Source: Nanobdellati archaeon (GTDB taxonomy: Archaea > EX4484-52 > GLR71). Taken from it: a DNA stretch of 52,865 nucleotides. A model generated the notes under the pieces. The model worked only from the letters and a program-made list of their open reading frames with translations, was not told the DNA's origin and did not search any database. Location: the NCBI GenBank assembly GCA_019429125.1, contig JAHYJO010000010.1, positions 1 through 52,865 on the forward strand, in the 5' to 3' direction. The translations under genes and the position numbers were made by a program. Positions 27,553 through 37,393 of the stretch are shown piece by piece. The stretch's first letter is position 1. Every line of letters starts with the position of its first letter.

Positions 27553-28920
27553 ATGGTAGACAATTTCTTCAGACCAAAGAGTGTGGCAATAATCGGTGCA
27601 AGCGCTAATCCTAAAAAACTGGGTAATAATATACTTGTCAATTTCAAGAAAAGATTTAAAGGCAAGATATATCCTGTCAACTTAAATGAAGATGTTATTG
27701 AAGGACTTAAAGCGTACAAGAATGTTACAGACATTAAAGATGCTGTTGACCTTGCTGTTGTTGTCGTCCCTGCAAATATTGCAAATAGGGTTGTTGAGGA
27801 TTGTTCTGGTTGCGGAATTAAGTCAATCATAATTATTACTGCAGGATACCGAGAAAGTGGCAGTGAAGGTATCATACTTGAAAACAGGCTTAAAAATATA
27901 ATAACTATAAATAATCTTCGGGTCATAGGACCTAACTGTATAGGTGTCCTTGATACTTACAGCGGTGTTGATACAATATTTTCTCCTTTTGAACGTATGG
28001 AGAGACCTAAAAAAGGCAAGATTTCTGTCATATCACAGAGCGGGTCTTTCGGGACTGCATTTCTTGATTGGTGCGCACAACATAAGATGGGTATAAACAA
28101 GTTTGTCAGTTTCGGTAACAGGGTAGATGTTGATGAATGTGACCTTGTTGATTATTTCTCTAAAGATAAAGATACTGATCTTGTTGTAATATATCTTGAA
28201 GGGCCTAAGAATGGGCGCGAACTGATGAAAAACTTAAAAAAGACAACTAAGATTAAACCAATCATAGTTCTTAAGGCAGGTAAAAGTGATAAGGGTGCAA
28301 AAGCTGCAGCATCGCATACGGGCACTCTTGCAGGTAGTTATAAGATATTTAGTTCTGCAATGAGGCAAGTTGGGGCCACTGAGGCAAAAACACTTGATGA
28401 ACTTTTTGATTTTACAAAGGTGTTAAGCAAACAGAGAGCTGCAAAAGGTAATAGGGTAGCTATTATCACTAATGGAGGTGGGTATGGTGTGCTCTCTGCA
28501 GATGCCTGCTTTTATGAAGGGCTGAAACTTGCTGAATTTTCACATTCTAGTGTTGAGACAATAAAAAAAGTTATGCCTGGCTTTGCTGGAGTACATAACC
28601 CTTTAGACCTAATAGGTGACGCAACTGAAGAAAGATTTGAAACTGCACTTGCTACATTAATAAAAGATACGAATGTGGACATAGTTGTTGTTTTCATATG
28701 GGCACTTGGTACCACTCTTGATTCTGGTGTGGTTGATGTCATATCCAAAATTGCTGAAACTTCTAAAAAACCTATTATCTGTGGTGGGCTTGGTAGTAAA
28801 TATACGATAGACATGCTACTTAGGCTTGAAAATTCAGGGATACCTACATTTTCTACACCTTGGAGAGCTATGAAAGCTGCTAAAGTCTTGGCTGAATATG
28901 GAAAAGTCAAAAAGATATGA
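27553..28920 (+). CDS. acdA: ADP-forming acetyl/acyl-CoA synthetase alpha subunit
   Basis: PKSVAIIGAS, GPNCIG, SQSG, AAASHTG (phospho-His), NPLDL.GDA. Confidence 0.92.
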   Translation: MVDNFFRPKSVAIIGASANPKKLGNNILVNFKKRFKGKIYPVNLNEDVIEGLKAYKNVTDIKDAVDLAVVVVPANIANRVVEDCSGCGIKSIIIITAGYRESGSEGIILENRLKNIITINNLRVIGPNCIGVLDTYSGVDTIFSPFERMERPKKGKISVISQSGSFGTAFLDWCAQHKMGINKFVSFGNRVDVDECDLVDYFSKDKDTDLVVIYLEGPKNGRELMKNLKKTTKIKPIIVLKAGKSDKGAKAAASHTGTLAGSYKIFSSAMRQVGATEAKTLDELFDFTKVLSKQRAAKGNRVAIITNGGGYGVLSADACFYEGLKLAEFSHSSVETIKKVMPGFAGVHNPLDLIGDATEERFETALATLIKDTNVDIVVVFIWALGTTLDSGVVDVISKIAETSKKPIICGGLGSKYTIDMLLRLENSGIPTFSTPWRAMKAAKVLAEYGKVKKI

Positions 28921-28928
28921 ATAATAAA

Positions 28929-29426
28929 TTATTGATCCTCAAGAATATGAGATACTACATTTGAATAATCAAATCCTTTGAATATATTATCTATTGAAGA
29001 GATGAACTGGTCTGTATTTTTTATGTAAGTTCCCCATTTTGTCTTTATGTCAACTATGAAATCCTCATAACCTTTCATATCTTTGTGAGAGGAGATGAAA
29101 ACTGATGTCCTTCCTGAAAGACCGTTACCTCTTGCAAAACATAATATGTTTTTGTTGTTTATTATCTCTTTTATGAAGCCTATAAGCTCTTCTTTTTTTG
29201 AGTAATCAGTCCATTGAATGAAAGTTATGATTATTATGTTTAACCCTATCATTTTTAAATTCGGGCTGGCATGGTATCCTATTATATATTTTTCTTGCTC
29301 AAGCTTCTGCCTTATCCTTGTGACTGTAGGCTGGGTCGTGTCAAGCTCTTTTGCTATTTGTTTGTCTGTCTTCCTGCCTTTTTGTATAAGCTTTAAAAGC
29401 ACATCTTTCTCCTTTTTTTTAAGCAT
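28929..29426 (-). CDS. Lrp/AsnC family transcriptional regulator
   Basis: GRKTDKQIAKELDTTQPTVTRIRQKLE HTH plus a RAM-like domain. Confidence 0.88.
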   Translation of the reverse strand: MLKKKEKDVLLKLIQKGRKTDKQIAKELDTTQPTVTRIRQKLEQEKYIIGYHASPNLKMIGLNIIIITFIQWTDYSKKEELIGFIKEIINNKNILCFARGNGLSGRTSVFISSHKDMKGYEDFIVDIKTKWGTYIKNTDQFISSIDNIFKGFDYSNVVSHILEDQ

Positions 29427-29536
29427 AATATCTATATGGTATTTTAAAAATAAAAATTGATTGGTCTAAAATCTTAAAAATATAACCGAAAACTATATAA
29501 ACACACCTTAATATATTAGTTAATAGGTGTATAATT

Positions 29537-29884
29537 ATGACAAAAAATATGAGTCAAAGAGATAGAGCGATAAGAATAATCATTGGAGCAGTAATTTTAC
29601 CTAGTGTGGTCTTGAATGCTCCATTTTCTATTCAGCTTACAGGAACTGCATATATGGTAGGTGCGCTTTTTGGTGTTCTTCTTCTTGTGACCGGTGCTAT
29701 GGGAACATGTCCTGTATATGGTCTGCTTAAGAAAAAAACACAGATACCAACTAAGCCTGTGGTAATAAAAGCTGTTGCGGTCAAAAAGACTGTGAGAAAA
29801 CCTGTAGCTAGGAAAACAACAAGAGCTCCTGCAAAAAGAAAGGCTCCAGCAAGGAAAAAAGTTGCACCTAGAAAGAAAAAGTAA
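29537..29884 (+). CDS. DUF2892 (YgaP-like) membrane protein with an H1-like K/R/A/P tail
   Basis: KNM...DR.IR...G, LLVTG..GTCPVY.LL, then KKTVRKPVARKTTRAPAKRKAPARKKVAPRKKK. Confidence 0.82.
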   Translation: MTKNMSQRDRAIRIIIGAVILPSVVLNAPFSIQLTGTAYMVGALFGVLLLVTGAMGTCPVYGLLKKKTQIPTKPVVIKAVAVKKTVRKPVARKTTRAPAKRKAPARKKVAPRKKK

Positions 29885-29904
29885 TTAAGGTTTGATTTTT
29901 AGGT

Positions 29905-30105
29905 TTATCCACCTGAAATAATTTTTATTATCTCTATCTTATCTTCTTTTTTTATTTTTATATTTTCTGGTTCTATTTCATTGTTTATCTTTATAAGAAT
30001 AGTTTCTGTGTTTATATTAAGCTTATTCAACAATTCTGAAACTTTCGGGATGTTGTCAAAAATTAGCTTGTTTTTCTTGTTTTCATAAGTTACTATAATT
30101 TCCAT
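29905..30105 (-). CDS. ThiS/MoaD/SAMP ubiquitin-like protein
   Basis: Beta-grasp pattern ending DKIEIIKIISGG. Confidence 0.85.
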   Translation of the reverse strand: MEIIVTYENKKNKLIFDNIPKVSELLNKLNINTETILIKINNEIEPENIKIKKEDKIEIIKIISGG

Positions 30106-30156
30106 AAATATATACAAATAGTAAATGTTAAATAATTACTATTTTAAATTAGTTGT

Positions 30157-30498
30157 ATGAAAGAATTACTTATTAAAGCAAAGATGGCTATGGACCGTGG
30201 TAAATACTGGCTCAGCTATATCAATTTTGTAATGCTTCTTTTCATATCTGTCACAAGCATGAAACAATATGAATACTTCTCTTTTTTGCAAGGTAGATAC
30301 TGGCTTATTATACTGGGTCTTGGTACTTTTGTATTTATAACCATACTTGGTTATGTTGACTTGAAAATATTAAAGACTTTTCAAATTGAAACTGAGATAT
30401 ATGCGAGAATCAATCCTGTACAGCAGAAAATGTTTGATAATCAAGACAAAATACTTGATATGATTTCTGGTATTGAAAAAAATATGAGTAAAAAATGA
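30157..30498 (+). CDS. Hypothetical membrane protein (2 TM)
   Basis: Two hydrophobic helices, DRG..W and NP motifs. Confidence 0.7.
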   Translation: MKELLIKAKMAMDRGKYWLSYINFVMLLFISVTSMKQYEYFSFLQGRYWLIILGLGTFVFITILGYVDLKILKTFQIETEIYARINPVQQKMFDNQDKILDMISGIEKNMSKK

Positions 30499-30702
30499 TC
30501 ACATGTCTTTTGCAAGACGTATGTCTTTTGCCTTGACTGTGTTTCTTCCTGCATGCTCTGCAAAGGTTACTGCACTTTTTGCTACTTCATCAGCCATCGC
30601 TTCAAGGATTTCTGCAAACATGATTGCAGCTTTTATTGACACTCTTTGGGCACCTGAGTTTCTTAACAGGCGATCTGCTGCAGCTGCCGGTATATTTGAC
30701 AT
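30499..30702 (-). CDS. Archaeal histone (HMf-like)
   Basis: IP.A..DRL...GA.RVS..A, A.HAGR.TVKA.DI.LA. Confidence 0.93.
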   Translation of the reverse strand: MSNIPAAAADRLLRNSGAQRVSIKAAIMFAEILEAMADEVAKSAVTFAEHAGRNTVKAKDIRLAKDM

Positions 30703-30747
30703 AAATATTATATTAGTGTTTGGGGTTTAAATGTTTTTATGGTTTTT

Positions 30748-30915
30748 GGCACTGTCCATTTTTTGAGTGATTTTAAACAAAATGTAGTTAATTAAATATC
30801 TTCATTTATTTTGTAATTCAACGTGAAATGTGTATATTAAATAGTTCTCTGGAGGAGTTTATAAACAAACAATATTTAAAAAATATTCAAAATCACTCAC
30901 TTTTTGAACAGTGCC
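30748..30915 (+). mobile_element. MITE family B, copy 1 (168 bp)
   Basis: 27-bp imperfect TIR GGCACTGTCCATTTTTTGAGTGATTTT / AAAATCACTCACTTTTTGAACAGTGCC; exact 8-bp TSD TGGTTTTT. Confidence 0.92.
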
Positions 30916-30970
30916 TGGTTTTTTTGTTTTATATTAGATTATATAAGAAGACAAACACTAAAATTATATC

Positions 30971-31294
30971 ATGTATAAAAAAGGGTATAATTTTGAGCGC
31001 ACAATCAAGCTTGAACTTGAGGCTGATGGCTGGAAAGTCATACGATCAGGAGGGTCAAAGAAACCTGACATGATAGCTGCACGAAATGGAAAGATAATTA
31101 TTATAGAATGCAAAATCACTAAAAAAAATAAGGTTTACCTTGAAACTGAAGAGGTTGAAAATCTGAAAGAGGTAGCTGAACATTTTGGCGCAGAATGTAT
31201 GTATGCTGTGAAGACTATAAGAGAAAAATGGTCACTTGTATCGGTTGATAGCCTGAGACAGACAGGTTCTAGTTATGTGTTTGATTTTGAATGA
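30971..31294 (+). CDS. hjc: Archaeal Holliday junction resolvase
   Basis: Y.KGY.FER, VIRSGGS, PD.IA, IIECK. Confidence 0.9.
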   Translation: MYKKGYNFERTIKLELEADGWKVIRSGGSKKPDMIAARNGKIIIIECKITKKNKVYLETEEVENLKEVAEHFGAECMYAVKTIREKWSLVSVDSLRQTGSSYVFDFE

Positions 31295-31325
31295 AAAAAT
31301 AATTAATAATAATAATAATATAAAT

Positions 31326-31582
31326 GTACTTGTTTAGCTAAATTTTGTCTTACTTGCTTACGATTTTTTTTATAGGGTCATTATTTGTTGAAATATTTTT
31401 AAGTTATAATTTTCTACGTTACTTGCGAGCTATCGATTTTACAAAAAAGGAGTAAATATTTTTTAACAAAAATTAACTACACATTTTCAAGCTGTAGCTA
31501 TTGATTTTATAAAAAGTATAATGTATATAAGTTACATCATAATGGTCGTAGCATGCCGATTCTTTTTTTGCTAAACAAGTAC
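31326..31582 (+). mobile_element. MITE family A, copy 2 (257 bp)
   Basis: Near-identical to 23224-23480; exact 8-bp TSD ATATAAAT. Confidence 0.93.
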
Positions 31583-31620
31583 ATATAAATTAATAATCAA
31601 AAATCAAAATTATTTAATAA

Positions 31621-32829
31621 TCAAATGTTGAACTCGTCGCTTAAATATTCTGATACTTTAATATATACCTTACCTGATATCGCAAGCCTTATAGTCCTTG
31701 TCCTACCATGCCTGCCACGACTTATTACTTTTGTGTTTATAATACTTAACATGTCAAGCTCGGCAATAAGATCACTTATCCTTCTCTGTGTCAATGGCTT
31801 TATGCCAATCTTGTCACACAATGTCACATAAAGGTCAAAGACGTCGCCTGTGAATATGTATTCTGAACTCTTTTCACTTAACATGAATATTGTCTTAAGA
31901 AGTATCTTTGACTGTTTTGGTTGGGTCTTGACTGCCTCAATTATATGGTCCATGTCTATCTTTGATTCTGCGCAATCAACATGGTCAATTGTTATGTTTG
32001 TCATGTTCTGGCGTTCGGCAAGTTCTCCTGACACTCTTAAAAGATTCAATGCGCGTCTTGCATCGCCGTGCTCTTGAGCTGCAAGGGCTGCACATTTCTG
32101 GATTACACCGTCTGATATTACATCATTGTTGAATGCAATTGTAGCCCTTTCTAAAAGTATATCTTTTATCTGGAGCGCGTTGTAAGGTGGAAATATCATC
32201 TCTTCGTCTGAAAGTGAACTTTTGACTCGAGCATCCATATTCTCTGTGAAAGACAGATTGTTTGATATGCCAACTATTGTCACTTTTGAATTCTCTGTAT
32301 CCTGATTTATCCTTGTCAGCGTGTACAGCAATTCATCGCCAACTTTTTCTATTAAAGCGTCTATCTCATCAAGAATTAAAATTACTACACCTTTCTTTTC
32401 CTCAAGTGCTTCAAAAAATATCTTGTATACCTGATCTGTAGGAAGACCTGTAGGTGGTACTTTTTTTCCTAGAAGGCTTGCAAGGTATGCTATTAGACGG
32501 TATTCTGTGTCTGCAACTCTTTTCATCTTGCAATTTACATATAATACATCTATTATTACGTTGTTTGCAGCTGCTATCTCTTTAAGCTGACTGGTAACAT
32601 ATTGTGTCACAAGAGTTTTTCCAGTGCCTGTCATACCATATATGAATATGTTTGACGGCCTGTCTCCCTTTAAAGCAGGAGCAAGAATACCACCTATAAG
32701 ATTAATCTGCTCTTCACGGTGAGGTACAGTATCTGGTGTATATTTTATTGTAAGTGCATTTTTGTCTTTGAAAAAAGTCTTTGATTGCATATATGTCTCA
32801 AACAAGTTCTTCAATGTCTTTTGGCTCAG
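31621..32829 (-). CDS. cdc6: Orc1/Cdc6 replication initiator
   Basis: PHREEQI, YGMTGTGKT, ILDEID, EHGDARRAL, C-terminal wH (SRGRHGRT). Start probably CTG 32829; the track gives TTG 32814. Confidence 0.95.
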   Translation of the reverse strand: MSQKTLKNLFETYMQSKTFFKDKNALTIKYTPDTVPHREEQINLIGGILAPALKGDRPSNIFIYGMTGTGKTLVTQYVTSQLKEIAAANNVIIDVLYVNCKMKRVADTEYRLIAYLASLLGKKVPPTGLPTDQVYKIFFEALEEKKGVVILILDEIDALIEKVGDELLYTLTRINQDTENSKVTIVGISNNLSFTENMDARVKSSLSDEEMIFPPYNALQIKDILLERATIAFNNDVISDGVIQKCAALAAQEHGDARRALNLLRVSGELAERQNMTNITIDHVDCAESKIDMDHIIEAVKTQPKQSKILLKTIFMLSEKSSEYIFTGDVFDLYVTLCDKIGIKPLTQRRISDLIAELDMLSIINTKVISRGRHGRTRTIRLAISGKVYIKVSEYLSDEFNI

Positions 32830-32859
32830 TCATAACACCTTTTAAAAATATAATTTTTT

Positions 32860-33125
32860 CTATAATATTCTACAAGAAACAATGGTATATTATAATTTTA
32901 TATGTTTTTTATCTTGTATATATTTCTATAGGAAATAAAGGTTTAAATAGTTATTGTTTGTAATTTGTTTTTAATTGTTTTGACCCTCACCCCTTTGTTT
33001 CTTTTGGAACCTTTTAATTTAATTAGTATTAGAATAAAATATAACATTGTTATATATTATATTAAAAAAAAATGTGTTTGTTTATGTAATGGTGTTCTAC
33101 TGGAAATAATGGTGTGAGTGACAAC
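32860..33125. other. Replication origin (oriC) with ORB elements and AT-rich DUE candidates
   Basis: Minus-strand GTTCCAAAAGAAACAAAGGGGTGAG (32986-33010), plus-strand GTTCTACTGGAAATAATGGTGTGAG (33094-33118), and mini-ORBs at 32868-32885 and 32923-32942. Directly upstream of cdc6. Confidence 0.82.
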
Positions 33126-33139
33126 CTAAAGGGGTAACT

Positions 33140-33730
33140 CTACAAAATGTTTCCACCTTGATAGTTGTTCTCTTTTTGGTCATTATAATGTGCATTTGAA
33201 TCTAAGATGTTGAAAGAAACTTGCATGAACCTTACACCGATGTCAATTGCTGCACCAGGCAAAGATGGTTTGAACATGACAGTCAAAATACCACGGTAAC
33301 CTGCTTCACCAAATCCTGTGACTATATCACACTGGCAATATCTGAAAAGTGATGATCTTGGTTCTATCTCAAAATTTGTGTTTTCAGGTGTGTTGAGCTT
33401 TTCGCAGGTGACGGCAAGGTATGTCTTTTTTTCGTCAAGATATATCAATGTGCCTTCTTTTAAGACTATAATATTCTCAGTCTTTAGGTTTTTTATGTGA
33501 TTTTCAAAACCTTTCAATACATATGCATTACCTAGTTTAGGTTTTATTGCGCTATTTTTATCTATTCTTAACTGGCCTGCCTTTTTTACTTCGATTAATA
33601 CAGCAAGCCTGAAATCAAAGCCATTTGCAGTTATTTGATAATCAATGTCTTTGTAATCAGAAATTATATTTTTCTCTTTTATGAGATTTTTCAGGGTTTC
33701 TTTGCTTAAGACTGTCATAAATAATACCAT
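33140..33730 (-). CDS. dCTP deaminase / trimeric dUTPase superfamily
   Basis: QITANGFD, PRSSLFR, GY.G, RFMQVSF, YQG end. Confidence 0.82.
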   Translation of the reverse strand: MVLFMTVLSKETLKNLIKEKNIISDYKDIDYQITANGFDFRLAVLIEVKKAGQLRIDKNSAIKPKLGNAYVLKGFENHIKNLKTENIIVLKEGTLIYLDEKKTYLAVTCEKLNTPENTNFEIEPRSSLFRYCQCDIVTGFGEAGYRGILTVMFKPSLPGAAIDIGVRFMQVSFNILDSNAHYNDQKENNYQGGNIL

Positions 33731-33763
33731 AAAGATTTATGTTTTAAAATTTTAAAACTGTTT

Positions 33764-35083
33764 ATGTTAATTAATTGTGATTTTCATTCGCATTCAGGGT
33801 ATGCGGGCGGTGTGGGACAGATATCGCTTTTAGATCTTGAGGTTGCAATGGAAAAAAAAGGTATAGATGTTTTTGGGACTGGCGATTGTCTTCATCCACA
33901 ATGGCGAGAATTTTTAAAAGATAATCTTGTTGAAAGAAAAGAGGGACTTTTTTCAAACAAAGATAATAAGGCACGGTTTATGCTACAGACCGAAGTAATA
34001 TTTACTGCTGCTGTAGGTTCAGGCAGGAAATCTGTGCATACTGTCATTTTGTTTCCGTCATTTGAATCTGTTGAGAATACATGTAAGCTTTTAGATGGAA
34101 TGGGTGTCAAAAATACTATTGGAAGACCGTTCATAAAATGTGTTGATAGGGTTGATGTAAGTAATAGATTGTCAAAGATACTTGATGTTGATGATAAGAT
34201 TGAAGCTATACCTGCGCATGTCATGACACCTCAAGGTGTTTACGGATCAAATAATCCGATTGATAAGATGAAAGATTTTTATGGTGCTGCTACAGAGAGG
34301 ATAACAGCTGTTGAAACTGGGCTTTCGGCTGATCCTGAGATTCTTTCTTTGATACCTGAACTTGATGATTATTCGCTGATTTCAAACAGTGATGCGCACT
34401 CGGCTGCACTCAACAGGATGGGCCGTGAGTTTACAACTGTTGATACAACTTCTGTTTCTTATGGAAATATAATTGATTCTATAAGAAAGAATAAGATTGC
34501 AAGGACAGCAGAATTTAATCCTACTGAAGGCAGGTTCTTTCTTACGGGGCATAGGGCAGGCAAAAAAGGGCATAATGATGCTTATTGTGTGTTTTCACCA
34601 AAATATACACCTAAAGATAACAAGTGTCCCATATGCAGTAAAAAGCTTACAATAGGTGTCCTTGCGCGAGCATTACAGCTGAAAGAAATTCAGGGTGGTA
34701 CAAGACAATTTGGTGAACTGTCACCATCAACTAAAGATTTTGTCAGGATGGTGCCATTGGTTGAGGTCATTGCACATTCAATTGGTGTATTGTCTGTTGT
34801 CTCTGTAAAAGTTGTGGAACTTTATGAAAAAATTATAGGTATATTTGGAAATGAAGCGCGGATATGGTTTGAAAAAGATGAGACTATAAGGAAAAAGCTT
34901 GCTTCGGCTGAACTTTCAGATAATGTGATTGAAAATATAATTAAAGTTAAAAATGATGATTTCTGTTTTTCACCACCTGGGTTTGATGGAACTTACGGCA
35001 AGTTTAGTATTGGTGGGAAAGAAGATGTGTTTAATGTCAATTTAATATCTGGATATGTGCCAGGACAGAAAAGACTGTTTTAA
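33764..35083 (+). CDS. endoQ: Endonuclease Q (PHP-domain deaminated-base endonuclease)
   Basis: DFHSHS, GTGD.LHP.W, PAHVMTP, ETGLSADP, SNSDAHS, CPIC..KLTIGV; C-terminal PIP-like QKRLF. Confidence 0.85.
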   Translation: MLINCDFHSHSGYAGGVGQISLLDLEVAMEKKGIDVFGTGDCLHPQWREFLKDNLVERKEGLFSNKDNKARFMLQTEVIFTAAVGSGRKSVHTVILFPSFESVENTCKLLDGMGVKNTIGRPFIKCVDRVDVSNRLSKILDVDDKIEAIPAHVMTPQGVYGSNNPIDKMKDFYGAATERITAVETGLSADPEILSLIPELDDYSLISNSDAHSAALNRMGREFTTVDTTSVSYGNIIDSIRKNKIARTAEFNPTEGRFFLTGHRAGKKGHNDAYCVFSPKYTPKDNKCPICSKKLTIGVLARALQLKEIQGGTRQFGELSPSTKDFVRMVPLVEVIAHSIGVLSVVSVKVVELYEKIIGIFGNEARIWFEKDETIRKKLASAELSDNVIENIIKVKNDDFCFSPPGFDGTYGKFSIGGKEDVFNVNLISGYVPGQKRLF

Positions 35084-35173
35084 TTGCTTTAGATTTTTTG
35101 TTATTTTTAGATTTCTATATGTTTTGTTTAGTATTGTCTATAATTTTAAAACATTTAATTACTCAATTAGGGT

Positions 35174-36661
35174 ATGAAAGATATGAACAATAAAGATGTT
35201 GCTGGCATTTTCATTGATGCAGGTATACTTGCTGAGTCTGAAGCTGTTGATTATGTGGTTGATAAAGGTATTGATGCAGTTTTACTTTCTGAAAAACTTA
35301 TGAGTGCAGGCAAATTTTTTCTTACAAGAGAGGTTATTGAAGCTTTAGATAGAGAGGATAAAATTAAAGATATAGGAAATGTAGTTGAGGTCAAGGCTGC
35401 ATCAAAAAAGATTATAGCTAAAGATATTGCAGGGTCTGTCAAAGTGCACAGTAAAGCTGAAGAACCTCAAAATACTAAGACATTGACAGATTTTGTAGCT
35501 TATTTTAATGATAGGTATGAAAAGATAAAAAATATTATTTTGGCACACACTGAAGTTAAGAACACTATGTCTATAGGTAGGCTCAATGAGGCGACAGATG
35601 AAAAGAATGTTTGCGTGATAGCTATCATATCTGATATTAATATTAGTAAGAATGGGCATCACATATTGAATATTGAGGATCCGACAGGGACTATGACTGC
35701 AATAATCATGAAAGACAAAAATATAGGTGAAGATACAATTATTCCTGATGAAATCATAGCAGTATTTGGAAGTGTGAGTAATGGTACTATGTTTGTAAAC
35801 AGTATGGTTTTTCCTGACGTGCCTGTCATGAATAGCTATGACAAGAGGATTGAGGATGACGTGAGCGCAGTACTTATATCTGATATCCATATGGGTAGTA
35901 ATGAGTATCTGCAGAAGGTTGAGGACAGGTTTATTAAATGGCTTAAAAGTGGGGATGATAGTGCGGGAAAAGTCAAGTATATCTGCATATCAGGGGATAA
36001 TGTTGACGGCGTCGGCATATATCCAGGGCAGAAACAGGACCTTAAGATTGTAGACATTTATAATCAGTATCTTGCATTTGAAAAGTTTATTGAAAGAATT
36101 CCTGAATATATTGAGATTGTCATCATTCCTGGAAACCATGATGCTGTACGTCTTGCTGAACCACAGCCGTCAATTGGTAAGAATTATTTTCCTAACATTA
36201 CAAGTTTTAAGAATGTTCATCTGGGACCTAATCCATGTCGGGTGGAACTTCACGCTATGAATGGGAGGGTAGGTGTGGATGTGCTCATGTATCATGGTTA
36301 CAGTTTCACGAAGATAATTAATGCAATACCTTCACTTCGCGTGAAAGGAATGGACCAGCCTGAATATGTTATGACTGAGCTTCTTCGGAAACGGCATTTG
36401 GCGCCTATGTATAAGTCCACGCAGCTTATGCCATCAGGGGATGATCCGCATGTCATAAAGAGTGTTCCTGATATATTTCAGACGGGAGATCTTCACTCGT
36501 TTGCAGTCAAGACATATAGGGGTGTGTTGATGGTGTCTGCTTCAACGTTTCAGGGACAGACGTCGTTTATGGATCGTGTGGGGCATGAGTCTAATCCGGG
36601 TAAGGTTACAGTTGTTTCTTTAAAAGATAAGAGACCCAAGGTCTTGGATCTTTTGAATTGA
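35174..36661 (+). CDS. polB: DNA polymerase D small (exonuclease) subunit DP1
   Basis: YFNDRY, OB fold, SDIHMGS, GD.VDGVGIYPGQ, PGNHDAVRLAEPQP, RHLAP. Confidence 0.95.
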   Translation: MKDMNNKDVAGIFIDAGILAESEAVDYVVDKGIDAVLLSEKLMSAGKFFLTREVIEALDREDKIKDIGNVVEVKAASKKIIAKDIAGSVKVHSKAEEPQNTKTLTDFVAYFNDRYEKIKNIILAHTEVKNTMSIGRLNEATDEKNVCVIAIISDINISKNGHHILNIEDPTGTMTAIIMKDKNIGEDTIIPDEIIAVFGSVSNGTMFVNSMVFPDVPVMNSYDKRIEDDVSAVLISDIHMGSNEYLQKVEDRFIKWLKSGDDSAGKVKYICISGDNVDGVGIYPGQKQDLKIVDIYNQYLAFEKFIERIPEYIEIVIIPGNHDAVRLAEPQPSIGKNYFPNITSFKNVHLGPNPCRVELHAMNGRVGVDVLMYHGYSFTKIINAIPSLRVKGMDQPEYVMTELLRKRHLAPMYKSTQLMPSGDDPHVIKSVPDIFQTGDLHSFAVKTYRGVLMVSASTFQGQTSFMDRVGHESNPGKVTVVSLKDKRPKVLDLLN

Positions 36662-36693
36662 TGTTTTTTCGTAAATGTTTTCAGAAGGGAATT

Positions 36694-36725
36694 AAAAGAC
36701 CGGGCAGAGTTACTTGCGCCCGGTC
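36694..36725 (-). terminator. GC-rich hairpin followed by a U-run on the minus strand
   Basis: GACCGGGC...GCCCGGTC (36698-36725), then TTTT on the minus strand. Confidence 0.5.
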
Positions 36726-36903
36726 GGGGGTTTGGATTTATTGAGGGACTATAAGTATTATTGGTAAATTGAGTATATATAGTTTTCTGTAAATGTTGAT
36801 ATATATGTTATTATTTTATGTATTTATTGTTAGTTTTTTTGTTTAATTATGTATTTATTTACATATTTTTATATACAACCTTATCTAAATTGTCATATGT
36901 GAT

Positions 36904-37389
36904 GTGATGGATTTATCAGATAATGAGAAAAAAATACTTTTGTATCTTTTTGATAACCCTCTTGCAACTAATCATACTATTGCCACATACATGAACATAC
37001 ATCATGCAACTGTTAGCGCCATAAGAAAGAAGCTTGAGGAAACGGCTGGGCTGTCTTATAAAGTGGATATAAATCCAAAGAAAGCAGGACTAGATGGGGT
37101 TTATGTGATATATTTTTCTCTTAATCCTGCTTCAAGAGGTGAAAAAGAATTTTCCGCTTTTGTAACGATGGTTCAAAATATTGAAGGAGTAATTGGGGTG
37201 GGGCTTGTTACAAACAGTGTTTGGGACGGTTGGTTTAGGGTGATTTCTAATCCTTTTGATTCTGATAGGATATTTTTTATTTTAAAAAGAAAGATTGGTA
37301 GTTATGTGGATAAGATAGAGATAATAAAATATGCAGATGCACGAGAGTCGGGTGCGCAGAACATGAATAAACTAATTGAGATGCTGTAA
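36904..37389 (+). CDS. Lrp/AsnC-like transcriptional regulator
   Basis: LSDNEKKIL...IA..MNIHHATVSAIRKKLE, INPKKAGL. Confidence 0.82.
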   Translation: MMDLSDNEKKILLYLFDNPLATNHTIATYMNIHHATVSAIRKKLEETAGLSYKVDINPKKAGLDGVYVIYFSLNPASRGEKEFSAFVTMVQNIEGVIGVGLVTNSVWDGWFRVISNPFDSDRIFFILKRKIGSYVDKIEIIKYADARESGAQNMNKLIEML

Positions 37390-37393
37390 GGGT

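Noticed and set aside
30828-31073. 81-aa ORF in the track
   Set aside because: Starts inside MITE B and overlaps hjc out of frame.
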